Below are positions 1-11,492 of a DNA stretch of 43,162 nt, one piece after another; positions within the stretch are counted from its first letter, which is position 1; the number at the start of each line of letters is the position of its first letter. Where the stretch lies: NCBI GenBank assembly GCA_001687465.1, contig LVLI01000321.1:62001-105162 (forward strand), in the 5' to 3' direction. The notes below the pieces were generated by a model, which did no database searches, had not been told where the DNA came from, and saw nothing but the letters and a program-made list of their open reading frames with translations. The stretch comes from Halocafeteria seosinensis (lineage: Eukaryota). The translations under genes were made by a program, and so were the position numbers.

Positions 1-548
1 AATCAAAGGCGAGCGAAGTAGACAAGATACTCGCTGGATCAGTATGAGAATCTCTCAAGAGGTACAGCGTTGCACGATAGTACGGAGGATGAACTTCCTT
101 TTGAGAAAACATTAGAATAAAATGTTGATCAAACGAGGAAGTTTGCATTTGAGTAGAAGTTACACTAAAACGGAAGTCATACAGTAGTTCGTCAATTCCA
201 CTCAAGAGTAGCTCAGTGAAGGAAGGATGTCAAGGCAGCAAGATGGAATCGCATTATGATTTATGAACTTATAGATATTATAGAGAAATGCGAAACTAAG
301 AAATAGCTTGCTTCCTCGAGTACCAAAAAAATACATCCTGATTCCTGTACCGGGCTGTTGTCCCGGACCTTGGGCGCCAAAAAATTCCAAGTTCCTTTTG
401 TTATAAGTGTTGTTACCGATTGTTGCATGTTTTCTTTGGCACCGTATTTCACTTCTTTCAGTGACTGACAAGTCCATGAATTCCTGTGTGAGTAGGTGGC
501 ATTGAATAGCTCGATAGAAAAGCAAGGACACACGTTAGTCGATTCAAG

Positions 549-1258
549 ATGAACGTAGATAACACAATACGAGACGACAGGAGATCCACGAGGGTAAGTG
601 AGGAAACTGAATAATATAGAGCAATTCAGACGGGTGAAATAGCGGTGAAAGTGGCTCGAAATACGCGGCATATCGACGTTGGAACCCGATGTCGTAAACG
701 GCCAGGTGTCGGAATATTCCATATACACTGCTTCTTGATGATTTTAGCGCACTCGAACTTAATGAGATGGTTATGTCATCTTTCATCTATTGGTATGACT
801 CAATGGCCGCAGGTATCGCAAGCTCCTGGAGGCAAAACATCGATAAACCTGTTTGGCGGCGATCACGACGAAAAACTGCTGGGCAGCGAACAACAGCATA
901 AGGAAGAAAATGTGGCCCCTAAACCAACAGAGAGAGCAGCTCCCGGATACAAGGAAATGGATAACTCCAAGGAGAATGCCACACCTCAAGAGCATGAAGG
1001 CTCCATGGCCCGTCCTAAAGAACCTGTACCAACTGGGGAAATGGTGGAACCGCCTTCCAATACGGAATTATCAAGTAATAACTTTGCTAGTGGTGGACAT
1101 CAAAACTCAGGTACGGAAAACTATTTTATAAGGCGTTGGCTCGAATGTCTTTGGAATTGACTCTCTATGAGCCCTTTGCAGGCAACTATATCACAGGACG
1201 TCCTACAAGCCGTCGGATTCAACCTCCTGGGGGCTCCTCTTCGATTGTCTTGGGATAA
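549..1258 (+). CDS. SPIRAL1/HN1(Jupiter)-like small protein; exons 549-593, 813-1110, 1182-1258
   Basis: Splicing at GT-AG sites gives MNVDNTIRDDRRSTR|VSQAPGGKTSINLFGG...SNNFASGGHQNSG|NYITGRPTSRRIQPPGGSSSIVLG*. It has two PGG motifs and the SPIRAL1-type NN..QN.GN.IT.RP...PGG.SS C-terminus. Confidence 0.75.
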
Positions 1259-1814
1259 GAGCTGAGTGTAGTACAGTACCCGAATTTCTCCCAGCAACTT
1301 AAAGGTTTTGGTTGTGTAGGAAGTTCCCGTGGTAAAGGCAGAATATGGTTCCGGATAGAGAATCCAGCCTGATGGAAGATTGTTGCCGTCTTGCATAATA
1401 AACAAACTGAATGTCGATACCGGTATCTCTTCTACTCCCCGGGTGTGGTATCACTGCTATTATACCATAGCATGGTCTCGTCCAATGCACGCACGGTTTT
1501 TTCCCCCTTTTTCTTACCGACTTGACTTCCGTCTTGAAGTTGAAACGGAGTCTCCGGGCTCCGGAGACAGAAGGCTCGGAGCAAAGTTTCGAAACGAGTG
1601 GTGGTCCTGGCCTCTATACAGGGCCACAGAGCCAGGATGCTCTAGATAGATCATTTTATTCTCCAGTGTTGTTTGCCGCCACTCAGTAAACAAGTTGTGA
1701 GCTTATTGAATAGCTATCTTGATAGAGGTTTATCGAAATAAACCCAATAAGTTGAACGGAAAATAGCTAAAAAGTGGATATTTTTCACATTTTGCCCTCC
1801 CAGTTTCAGCCAAG

Positions 1815-4190
1815 ATGTCTGCTCCTTTGACTGCCCCCACCAATGTCGATGAAACTGCCACTGGTGGTCCCTCGTCGTCCCCACCTGTGGTAGTGTCCAC
1901 GGAGAACGAGGAGGTCCAATATCCCGATTCGTGGAATTGTCCAATCCTCTTGACCCTCATGAGAGATCCAGTGATTGGACCCGATGGAATCACCTATGAA
2001 CGGAAGGCCATTGAAGATTGGCTCCAGAGCTCAAATCGCTCCCCTGTGACACGCGAGATCATGCCATCCACCTCATTGGTTCCTAATCGAGCCCTCAAAC
2101 AGACAATTACGGACGCCCTGGCGGGTACTGGCCTCTTGGATGACGCCCCTGCAAACAACCGCAACACTGCTGTGCCACCTCGGAATAAAGAGACGTTGGA
2201 TGTGGAAGCTAAATGGACAACGCATCCTCTGAGGCAGACTAAACTCCTCGAAGTGGGTATCAAGCCTCCGTCTGACGGAACCAGAAAACCGGCTACTTTC
2301 GTTTGCGTCATCGACATTTCGTACTCCATGGGTACCGAGGCTTCACTGCCCACGAAGGGAGATGAAGAATCCGCCTTTTCACGGCTGGACTTGGTGAAAC
2401 ATTCCATGAACACGGTGATTTCTGTGCTTGGAGAAAAAGACAGATTGGCAGTGGTCCCCTTCAGCGGTGTCGCTTCGGTCGCTTTACCTCTGACGGACAT
2501 GAACAGTGCTGGAAGAGACTTGGCTAAGAACAAAGTGGCAGAATTGAAGCCAACTGCTAACACGAACATTTGGGAAGGTCTACGGCAAGGAATGGCCTTA
2601 GCTGCTCAGGTTACCGACGATTCGAACACTGTGGTGCTGCTCTTGACGGATGGTGAATCCAATGTGAACCCACCAAGAGGATTGGTACCTACTTTGAGGA
2701 ATTGGTTGATGGACCCAGAGCCGCAATTCACTATTCATACATTCGGATTTGGCTACCAATTAGACAGTGCGCAGCTAAGTGCCATGGCAACGTTGGGAAA
2801 CGGGAGTTTTGCGTATATTCCGGATTGCTCTATGGTTGGAACTGTTTTCATCAATTTCCTCAGTAACATCCTAGCAACTGCTTGTCGCCAGGTGAAGCTT
2901 ACTGCCCTATTTGAGCAGGCTGAGATTTCATTTCTCGGGTATGGTAACAACGAACACCCAACCAGTTTAAATTTGGGGCTAGTGCAGTACGGTCAATCTA
3001 GGAATATCGTCTTGGAGATAAAGTCCAATGGGGCCGATTCTTTGGCTGCTGAGCATGGAACAATTTCCGTAACATCTCCTGATATTGAGGAACCAGTACA
3101 TGTCATGGTTACTCCTGATGGCCCGAACGCATCGGAACTGGACTTCGAAACTGCTCGGATACTGCTTGTGGAAACCCTTTCTCGTTGCCTGGAAATTGTT
3201 GACACGAACCCTGCGTCCAACACAGAGGCCGAACATTCGGCAGTTTACCAACCACAAGCACACGATCTCATCAAGACTCTTACAGAAACGTTTGTAGCAA
3301 GCAATGACACTGGCATCCAATCGCTTCTCAAAGATATCAAGAGCACTTGCGCTGACGATGGACAAATTGAGAAAGCTCTCTCGAAACACGACTGGTACCA
3401 AAGCTGGGGACGACACTATTTGCGGTCGGTGATCAGCGCTCACCGTCTACAAAACTGTAACAACTTCAAAGATAGCGGTGTACAAGCCTACGGCGGCAAT
3501 CTTTTTAGAAGTATTCAGTCGATGACCGAAGAACTCTTTTTGACTCTGACACCACCGGCTCCTTCAGTAATGAAGTTCAAGTACGATTATGCCCCAGGAG
3601 GAAATGCGGTTCACTCAAGCAGAGCCCGGTGTAGCGCGGGTGCCTTTATTCCATCCATGACCGACTACTACTCAGCATCGGCGGGTTGCTTTCATGGCGC
3701 CTCTAGGGTACTCATGGATGATAATAGTATGAAAGCGGTGTCTCAAATTGTCAAAGGCGATATTTTGAAAACAGCATCAGGAGAATCTGCTGTCGTGAAG
3801 TGTGTAGTTGCCTATTCGACTCATAATAGCCTGGTCGAACTGGCACAAGTTGGGAAGCTGCTCATCACCCCATGGCATCCTATTAGGATCAATAGCCAAT
3901 GGGTCTTTCCAAGGTCGAACTTTTCCACTGTCTTAAAGAAGTGCCATTCCGTGTACAACTTAGTTCTGGAAAACGGCCACACCGCATTCTTGGAGGGAAT
4001 AGAATGCTGTACTCTGGGGCACGGCTTTAAGGAGCCCATTGTTAAACATGAATACTATGGTACCACCAAAGTCTTAGAAGATCTCCGAAGCCTTCGAGGG
4101 TGGGAGAACGGAGCAGTGTGTGTAAAATCTCAAGCTCTGCGGAGGCATCCGCTCACACACAAAGTGCAACAAACGATTCTGCAACAGTAG
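1815..4190 (+). CDS. U-box + vWA + Vwaint + Hint/Vint protein (791 aa, intronless)
   Basis: U-box CPILLTLMRDPV..DGITYERKAIEDWL..SPVTR; vWA MIDAS DISYS and LLTDG; Hint start G|CFHG (Cys codon 3687), block B ITPWHPI, VYNLVL; Vint tail CCTLGHG..HEYYGT. Confidence 0.92.
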   Translation: MSAPLTAPTNVDETATGGPSSSPPVVVSTENEEVQYPDSWNCPILLTLMRDPVIGPDGITYERKAIEDWLQSSNRSPVTREIMPSTSLVPNRALKQTITDALAGTGLLDDAPANNRNTAVPPRNKETLDVEAKWTTHPLRQTKLLEVGIKPPSDGTRKPATFVCVIDISYSMGTEASLPTKGDEESAFSRLDLVKHSMNTVISVLGEKDRLAVVPFSGVASVALPLTDMNSAGRDLAKNKVAELKPTANTNIWEGLRQGMALAAQVTDDSNTVVLLLTDGESNVNPPRGLVPTLRNWLMDPEPQFTIHTFGFGYQLDSAQLSAMATLGNGSFAYIPDCSMVGTVFINFLSNILATACRQVKLTALFEQAEISFLGYGNNEHPTSLNLGLVQYGQSRNIVLEIKSNGADSLAAEHGTISVTSPDIEEPVHVMVTPDGPNASELDFETARILLVETLSRCLEIVDTNPASNTEAEHSAVYQPQAHDLIKTLTETFVASNDTGIQSLLKDIKSTCADDGQIEKALSKHDWYQSWGRHYLRSVISAHRLQNCNNFKDSGVQAYGGNLFRSIQSMTEELFLTLTPPAPSVMKFKYDYAPGGNAVHSSRARCSAGAFIPSMTDYYSASAGCFHGASRVLMDDNSMKAVSQIVKGDILKTASGESAVVKCVVAYSTHNSLVELAQVGKLLITPWHPIRINSQWVFPRSNFSTVLKKCHSVYNLVLENGHTAFLEGIECCTLGHGFKEPIVKHEYYGTTKVLEDLRSLRGWENGAVCVKSQALRRHPLTHKVQQTILQQ

Positions 4191-4344
4191 GGCTTTATAA
4201 CTATTAATTTTCACAAGAGGAAGTACACCGTCTGAGTACATTGGCTAAGTCCTAGCAAGCTTTGCTGCGTATGAATAAATCCACAACAGGCTGCATCAAA
4301 GTATGGTGTAGTTCTTTGCGGGATGTTTGTTTATTATAATCACT

Positions 4345-6470
4345 CTAGTCCAACGGAACCGAATTTACTCCCATATCGATTTTACCGCCCCTGTATGATC
4401 CTCGTTTCTTCTTCGTTTTCTCGTGGCGAAAATCCTTGCCACGCACGTTGGCCAAAATTCCGTTGGCACGATAACCGTATCCCTGGTCACCGTAAACGTA
4501 TTCATCTGCATGACAGAAATTCTAGGCCAAAATTGCGAATGCACTTCACACAATTCGTCGGTTGTTGCGAAGGTACGTACAGGAGTTGCTTTTCAAACGT
4601 TCATCTGTTACTTTGCTTAATTCTTCCTCCTCATTAACTCTTCGAAACGGAGTGCCCTGCTTTCGAAGCACAGAAGAAATAGGAGACTTCTTATAACTGC
4701 TTTGGAACCCTTCTGGGGTACTGGTAGACCCATTACCATTTTGATGCTGGTCTCCACCCACGTCTACTCTCTTTCGTTTATTCTGTGAGTCACCATTGGT
4801 GCCCTGGTCCTCTCGGGGCCTCTTGACGGATGCGTTTGCGTTTCTGGCGGCTTGAGCACTAGCGGCATTAGGCGTATTATCTTCGGAATCCGAGCTAGAT
4901 GAATCATCACTATCTGAATTATCCCCCTTATTAGAAGAACCGGCCGCTTTGCCGGAGTTAGCATCTTCTTCCTCATCCGAGCTAGAAGAATCGGAGGATT
5001 CCGCCTCTTCTTGCGCTGTTTTCCCTGCGTTCCTTTTGTCGTTCGATGGAGGTGTAGCCGTCCGCTGAGGCGCCTCATCTTCATTATCACTATCACTATC
5101 GGAACTGGAGGAAGACTCATCATCATCGGCTTGCGTTTTCTTGTTAACATCTCCATTTTGAACTACAGACGTAGCGGAGGTATTCCTATTCGCATTAGAA
5201 TCTTCATCTGAGCTGTCCGAATCTGAAGAGCTATCATTATCATCATCATCACCGGCTTGCGTTTTCTTGTTACTATCTCCATTTTGAGCTACAGATGTAG
5301 CGGAGGTATTTCTATTTGCGTTAGCATCTTCATCTGAGCTGTCCGAATCTGAAGAGCTATCATCATCGTCATCATCACCGGCTTGCGTTTTCTTGTTACC
5401 ATCCCCGTTTTGACTGGTAGACGTAGCGGAGGCATCCCTGTTTGCGCTAGAATCTTCATCTGAGCTGTCAGAATCTGAAGAGCTATCGTCGTCGTCATCA
5501 TCATCGGCTTGAGTTTTCTTGTTACCATCTCCATCTTGACTTATAGACGTAGCGAGAGTATTCCTATTTGAGTTAGACTCTTCGTCTGAGCTGTCCGAAT
5601 CTGAAGAGCTATCGTCATCATCCTCCTTGTTTGACACCTGCGCGTTGCTCTTAGCCGTGGCTTCCCCTTCTTCATCAGAATCAGAGGAGCTAGAATCCGA
5701 TGAACTCTCATCCTGCTGCTGGGAAGCATTTTGCGAGCTCGGCTGTTGCTGTTGTTGTTGCTCTTTGTCATCGTCAGAATCCGAATCTGAAGAGGAGCTA
5801 CTCTCTCCTTGTTGCTGGTTCTGAGCAGTGTTCTGCTCCTCGTCAGAATCCGAATCACTGCTACTACTGGAGGATTCATCATCGTCATCATCATCTATCT
5901 TCTTTTGTTGGTCTGCAGCAGGAGTCTGTTGTTGTCGTGCTGAAGCCTCTTCGTCGGACGACGAAGACGAAGAACTCTCCTCGACCTGCTGCGTTTGGCC
6001 CTGAGCTGGGGTGGACGTCTGGTCCTCATCTTCCGTATCTGAGTCGTCTGAACTGGAAGAGGAAGATGAATCACTATCTTGTTGAGAGGCTGAAGGAGGT
6101 CCCTGCTGCGCCGCTTTGCTCAGTCTTGCACACAACGTTGTCTGCAGGGCACACCAGGACAAGTCAGTCATTCCATGACATACTAGAATCAATACGCAAC
6201 CTTGCATATGGACAAATAAGACCGAAAAGCGCCTATTTAGGCAGTATGGAAGCCAAATGGAAGTGACACCAGCCGTCGAACATGGTTCAGAGGCCCTTTT
6301 CTGCGCCATTCACGTGCTCTACAGATGGTCCACGAGGTGTAATAGGTACATACCAAGGGGATCAACGATATGTCGCTGCTCTTCTTCAGGATATCGCTTA
6401 TAGAGGACTCAAAACCACGCTGTTTCAGGTACTGCGCGGCCAGTTTATCGAGCTCGCTATAAGTCGACAT
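4345..6470 (-). CDS. SRP40: Nucleolar phosphoprotein Nopp140/SRP40 (NOLC1-like); exons 6470-6354, 6141-4581, 4505-4345
   Basis: LisH-like N-terminus (LAAQYLKQRGF), long Ser/Asp-rich acidic blocks, and a spliced C-terminal SRP40_C motif PFRRV...VRGKDFRHEKTKKKRGSYRGGKID. Confidence 0.92.
5115..5625. repeat. Coding tandem repeat, 126-bp (42-aa) unit, about 4 copies, within SRP40
   Basis: gagctgtc(c/a)gaatctgaagagctatc recurs at 5210, 5336, 5462 and 5588, exactly 126 bp apart. Confidence 0.9.
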
Positions 6471-7056
6471 TCTGTCCTTATTTCACCACGATTGCACTCT
6501 TTTCCGACACTCAACAATGCCGTGGGTCGTGTATTTGATATTCCACCCGAAATTTTCAACACTACGTACTCGATACAAGCAATATACGAGGGTTTGCGGA
6601 AAACGACACCAAGTTAAGTTCTAAAGTTCCACGAAAAAGCCGTTGGTGTATGGATTTCACACAAGACACTACCGAGTAGATGAAGGCCGAATTTTTCAAA
6701 CATGGGAAAATAAGCGTTAATGAGTGTATTTGTGGGCCAATGGACGCCATTTTTGAGGACACGGCTGCAGGAATTCACAGCAGCACTATACTCATATCCT
6801 CAATTCCATAAACATGGAAAACTACGCTTTGTTGGGATGGGTACATTGTGCAAATTATACAACCGCACGGGTACAACTTGTTGCACTGTATTGAGATCCT
6901 TCCTTCGCGCTACGTGATTGAATGTGGCTTAGAGTCACGTGAACTGAGAAAGACCGGTCTATACAGCCGCTCTCTTGCCTGATCCTGGAATCGAAGCAGG
7001 GACGCGAAGTGGCAACGAGTCGAGCTCGAGAACATTTGAAAAGCGTTCGCACTTAT

Positions 7057-9667
7057 TCACGCTGCGAATTCCGACAGAGCGGAGCTAACTCCAGATTTAC
7101 GACTCTTTGCAGCAACTTTCTTAGCTTGGAAAACTGGGTTCCTTGTTGCATCTTTCCGTCTACCATGTTTCGTCGAGCCTTTGACCGCATGTTTCGACTG
7201 CAAATTATGAAGAATCCAGAATTGTTATTAAAGCTATTTTAAATCGAGCAATACACCACCGAATACTTACTACCGTCGTCGGTTGTTCCTTTAAACCGAA
7301 CGCCTTGGCTACATGTCCCAAATGAAGAGAACGCGGATGGAAAATAGCTTTTGTCTGTTTGCTGTGTGTCGCATAGGCTCGAACAAACGCTTGAAAAGCT
7401 GATACGGCACGCTGGTACATGTTACTATCGCGAGCAACGAGCTCTTCAAAGAAAGTTTGCCATTTGACAGCTGCGAACTCGAGAGCTCGCTCGGCACCCT
7501 TCTTTCCAGCAGTTCCAACGGCATGCTTCTTATTAGACTTCGTTCCACTTTTTACTCCTGCGGCAACGTAGACATCTTCCTCTAATATACGGCGCAGTAC
7601 TCCATTATCTTTGAGCTGACAGCCGGTAGCTGGGTTGAAATTGGATTCTTTTCCATGGTCGTTCTCAGTCTTCTCCAGATCCAGTTCAGATATGGGAGGA
7701 TTTAAATGCGCTAGCGATTGCAGACAGACAGATGAGCCAAATTGTTCCAGACTCAGTTTATATTCCTTAAGTACATTCACATATTCCTGCTCATGGGGCG
7801 CCAAGAATAAGAGCGCGTTTCCAGATTCTCCTTTCCGTGCTGTGCGGCCGACGCGATGAATGTATTCAGACGTTTCCGTAGGAGGATCCAACTGCACAAT
7901 CCAGGTCACGGTAGGGAGGTCCAGTCCTCGTGCAGCGACATCAGTAGCAATCATTAGCCCCTTCGTCGCGCTAAAGAAGGAATTATATGTATCTGTCCTC
8001 TCGTTCTGGTCCATGTCTCCATGAAGGCGCAACAGCGGTGACAAATCGTCTTCAGTTTCAGCACATAAGGTACTCCAAACGGACGTTAAGATCGAGTACA
8101 AGAAATCGACAACAGCGCAGGATGATACGAAAACAACGGTCTTGCAATGTGGGTCTTTCCGCATAGAGTAGCGCAAGAACGCTGCCAAAGTGGGTAGTCT
8201 CCACTTAATAGGGACGATAGAATAATACTGTTTCAGTTGTTTCGGGGTTGCCACTTTATGTTCATTCGACAAATCATCCACAGTTGAATGATCGTGAAGA
8301 AGTTCCTTTGAATGCCATGTCCAGTGCTTCCGTTCGTCAGCGTCGACAAATACCGCCTTGGTGTCTTGCAGCACCGTATTCGCTAGCGTTCTTACTGCCT
8401 CCGTAAGTGTGGCACTACAGAACACAGACTGCCACTTTTGATTACGCTCATTCATCCCAATAGGCCCTCTTTCATGATGTTCTGATACCACAGTCAAGAT
8501 ATCTCTAATTTGCTTCTCGAAGCCCAGGTCAAGCAGGCGATCAGCCTCGTCAAATACAATAGTCCTGACAAAACGGGCATCAAATGATTCGGTGCTCTTC
8601 AAATGATCTAAGAGACGTCCTGGTGTCGCAACAACAATATTGAGACCTTTGCGTAGCCTGGCCTTTTCGCTTTTACGCTTCTCTCCGCCAGCAATCGTAC
8701 CACTCACTATCCAAGGAAACGGGCGCAGCAACTGAGAAAGAACTCTTGCTGTTTGCAGCGAGAGCTCTCTGGTGGGTGCAATGATGAAGGCTTGTGGTCC
8801 ATCCTCACGTTTCACCATCGTATTAGTACCCTCTCTTTTTGCATACATACGCTGTGTTGCTCCGTTTTGTAAGAGATCACTTAGGACTGGGCATAAGAAT
8901 GTCAGCGTTTTACCACTTCCAGTCTCACTTTTTAATAGGACATCATGACCGGAGACCATATGAGGAATAGCCATTACCTGAGCATTCGTTGGGCGCTCAA
9001 ATCCGAGACCTTTCTGGTTGGATTTCTTTTCATCATCGCTCCCATGGTTGTCATCCTGACCCTCTCCATGGCTGGTTTCTTTATGGCGAGTGGGGCCTCC
9101 AACGGTGAGTTGTAAGATCAAACTCTTGTGCAATGGCAACTGGTCAAATGTTTCCGCCGAGAATATTCTAGCATAGGAATCAGCTTTCTGCTGCCGTGTT
9201 GCCGAATTCGACTGACTCTTACCACTGGATGAAGGTCCATTGAGAATAGAAACCTTTTGTGGCGCAGTTCGCTGTGGGTGTTTTCGTGAAGGAGTTTCGC
9301 TGTGGGTCGCCGAAGTCGTCTTGGTTGGTTTGGAATCGATTTTCACAGGTGGAGCATTCTCGGACGAATGCGATTCTGCGTTTCTAGTGATACCATTTAT
9401 AGCACTTTGGGTGGCCTTATTGTCCCCATTTGGATGAGGTCTCAGGCGCTTGGCCGAGGTGTTGCCGACTTGTTTCCTCTCAGAAGCAGCTTCTGGAGCT
9501 TCCCGTGGTCGCTTTCCTTGCGAGAGAGATGGGGTAGAGTTCGTCTGTGGCGTATGAGCCTTGGGTTTCTTCTTTTTCTTCTTATTTTTGCCTTGAGATG
9601 AATTATTGCCGCCAGGACCTGAAGTGGTGATGTTCAGCGACAGCTCCTCTTCCTCGTTCGGGTCCAT
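7057..9667 (-). CDS. DBP7: DEAD-box RNA helicase DBP7/DDX31; exons 9667-7271, 7197-7057
   Basis: SETGSGKT, PTREL, GGEKRKSEKARLRKG, DEADRLLDLGF, SAT, HRVGRTAR, AF.AFVRAYATH and LHLGHVAKAFGLKEQP; spliced tail ends SEFAA*. Confidence 0.93.
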
Positions 9668-10469
9668 TTCGGCCAATCGCACCACCTACATACACTCTTC
9701 ATATAAACTGCTATCCAATGTCGTTTTCTGGTGACAAAATGTGCCTTATGCAACTCTATATATAAGGAAATAGGCGAAACATGTGTCAGTCAACTTCAAC
9801 TTCAAGAAACCAACCGTAAGAGACTCTCAGAAATGAGTCAGAATCATGCAACGTGCAACACTTGGGTATGGAAAACATGTGTATTCACTTTGGCATGCGT
9901 GGATAAGGTCGTGACAAGGAGTACTGTTGGCACATCGTTGCCTCAGAACTATTTGAGGCTTTGGGTGTTCAGGGAGGTGGATGCGAGTCGGGTGCGCCCA
10001 AATTGTGCAAACTACTGATATTTAAACGAAAGCGGATAGCAAAGCTTGGGGCTCGCTTCCGCTACGCAACGCAATTCGGGCGAGAATTGCTTTCAGCCCA
10101 TTCCCCGGACGAATCAGTGACGATTCGCTTCCGGTTCAGTATGGCACCGTGTGGCGCCTTATTTGCCAATTGGACGCGATTTTACCCCTCGGTTGAGGCT
10201 TTCCGACTTGTTTCCTCCCAATTCAGCGTCAAGAGCTTTCCGGTGACAAAAATGTGCTTTATTATAAGCCTTTATACAGGCTGGTATAATACAGCTAGTA
10301 AATGTGACAATTTGCCTGTCAACTTCAACTTCAACAAACCGAGTCTACGATTGGCTCGATCGCCAACCAGAGAATCAACAGCAGTGATCGTGTGGAAAAT
10401 TGTCGAATTTTAAGCTACGGGCTGTATCTCTATCCTGTTAGTCGCGTGACTGTAGCAGCTGCTGTTGGA

Positions 10470-11279
10470 ATGAACTTGCGTTGGACGAGGTTAGGGATTC
10501 GTGCATGGAACTATCGACTTGGCTCCGAGCAGCCGTCATTTTCAACACTAGCAGGAGTTCGCCAAAGAACCACAACTGTGAATAATCTGGTTCTGCATTC
10601 CCCTTCGCGTTCGACGAGACAGCTCCTCTCTAGTGCCAAGAGCGTGACTCAACTTCGTCATCATCTGATTGGCCGGCACCAGAGGTCAGTATTCCGTGTT
10701 ATGTTCTCTACTCTTTTGTGACGATTCTTACAAAGAAAGTGGCATCATGCCAAACAGATTACTATCCACTGCGGAAGGGCACCAGCACACCATGTGGAGC
10801 AACATTGAGAATGTATCATTGAAGTCGTTACAGGAGACTGTCAGCCAGCAGAATCAGACAAGGGTTCATGACGTTGCGGACAGACCCCAGGAGGGAGACA
10901 AGCGAGTCGACCTGAAGTACAATGAAAGCGAGAATCGCTTTGAGCTCTGGTATTACGATGACCCAGACTCGAGTCCCTCACTCGTTTCCTTCATGGAATT
11001 CAAGTTCGAGTCAGCCGCAGATAAGAGGGTCATGGACATGAACCATACATGGGCAGATCCAGCATTTCGAGGGATGAAACTCCCTGAAATTATAGTAGCA
11101 TTGGCAATGGAGTATGCGAATGTAATGGGGTAAGCGAAACTATGAATCTTCCCTTTAAACTTTCTATAAGCATTTGTCACGGCTCGTGCAGCTTCAAGAT
11201 TATACCAACGTGCAGCTATGTAAGCGGTTCTTTCTTGTCTAAGCATCCTGAGTGGAGGGAACTTGTCCAGTCAGCATAG
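10470..11279 (+). CDS. NATD1/YjdJ-like GNAT acetyltransferase with a possible N-terminal targeting peptide; exons about 10470-10684, 10740-11129, 11192-11279
   Basis: NRFEL...MDMNHTWADPAFRGMKLPEIIV..AMEYA..G|FKIIPTCSYV...FLSKHPEW. The N-terminal exon is Arg/Ser/Leu-rich and acid-poor; its assignment is less certain. Confidence 0.82.
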
Positions 11280-11492
11280 ACATGTAAGCAGTACGGCACA
11301 ATTGTTCTTCTCACAGTTTATTGTTTTAGTATTCCCCCTGGAAGGAAAAGAAGTTCACTCATCTCACGTTGCGGAGGCTCGCTCCCGCATACGTCTGAAA
11401 AATACCAAGTTATACGTTATGAAAACACATGAATACAATCCCAATTAAATCCTCATGGACAACACAATAGGACCAAACTACAAGGCGTCATC

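Noticed and set aside
202..728. Minus-strand ORFs 202-531 and 261-728
   Set aside because: No recognisable motifs; they overlap the promoter and first exon of the SPIRAL1-like gene.
3687..4190. Hint domain as a true intein
   Set aside because: No terminal His-Asn followed by Cys/Ser/Thr, no C-extein and no endonuclease; it is a Vint-type autoprocessing domain.
5115..5625. Regular repeats (also 30380-30640) as a CRISPR array
   Set aside because: They are coding-type repeats without unique spacers, in a eukaryotic context with no cas genes.
6142..6353. Intronic snoRNA in SRP40 intron 1 (also intron 594-812)
   Set aside because: No convincing paired C/D boxes or H/ACA architecture seen by eye.
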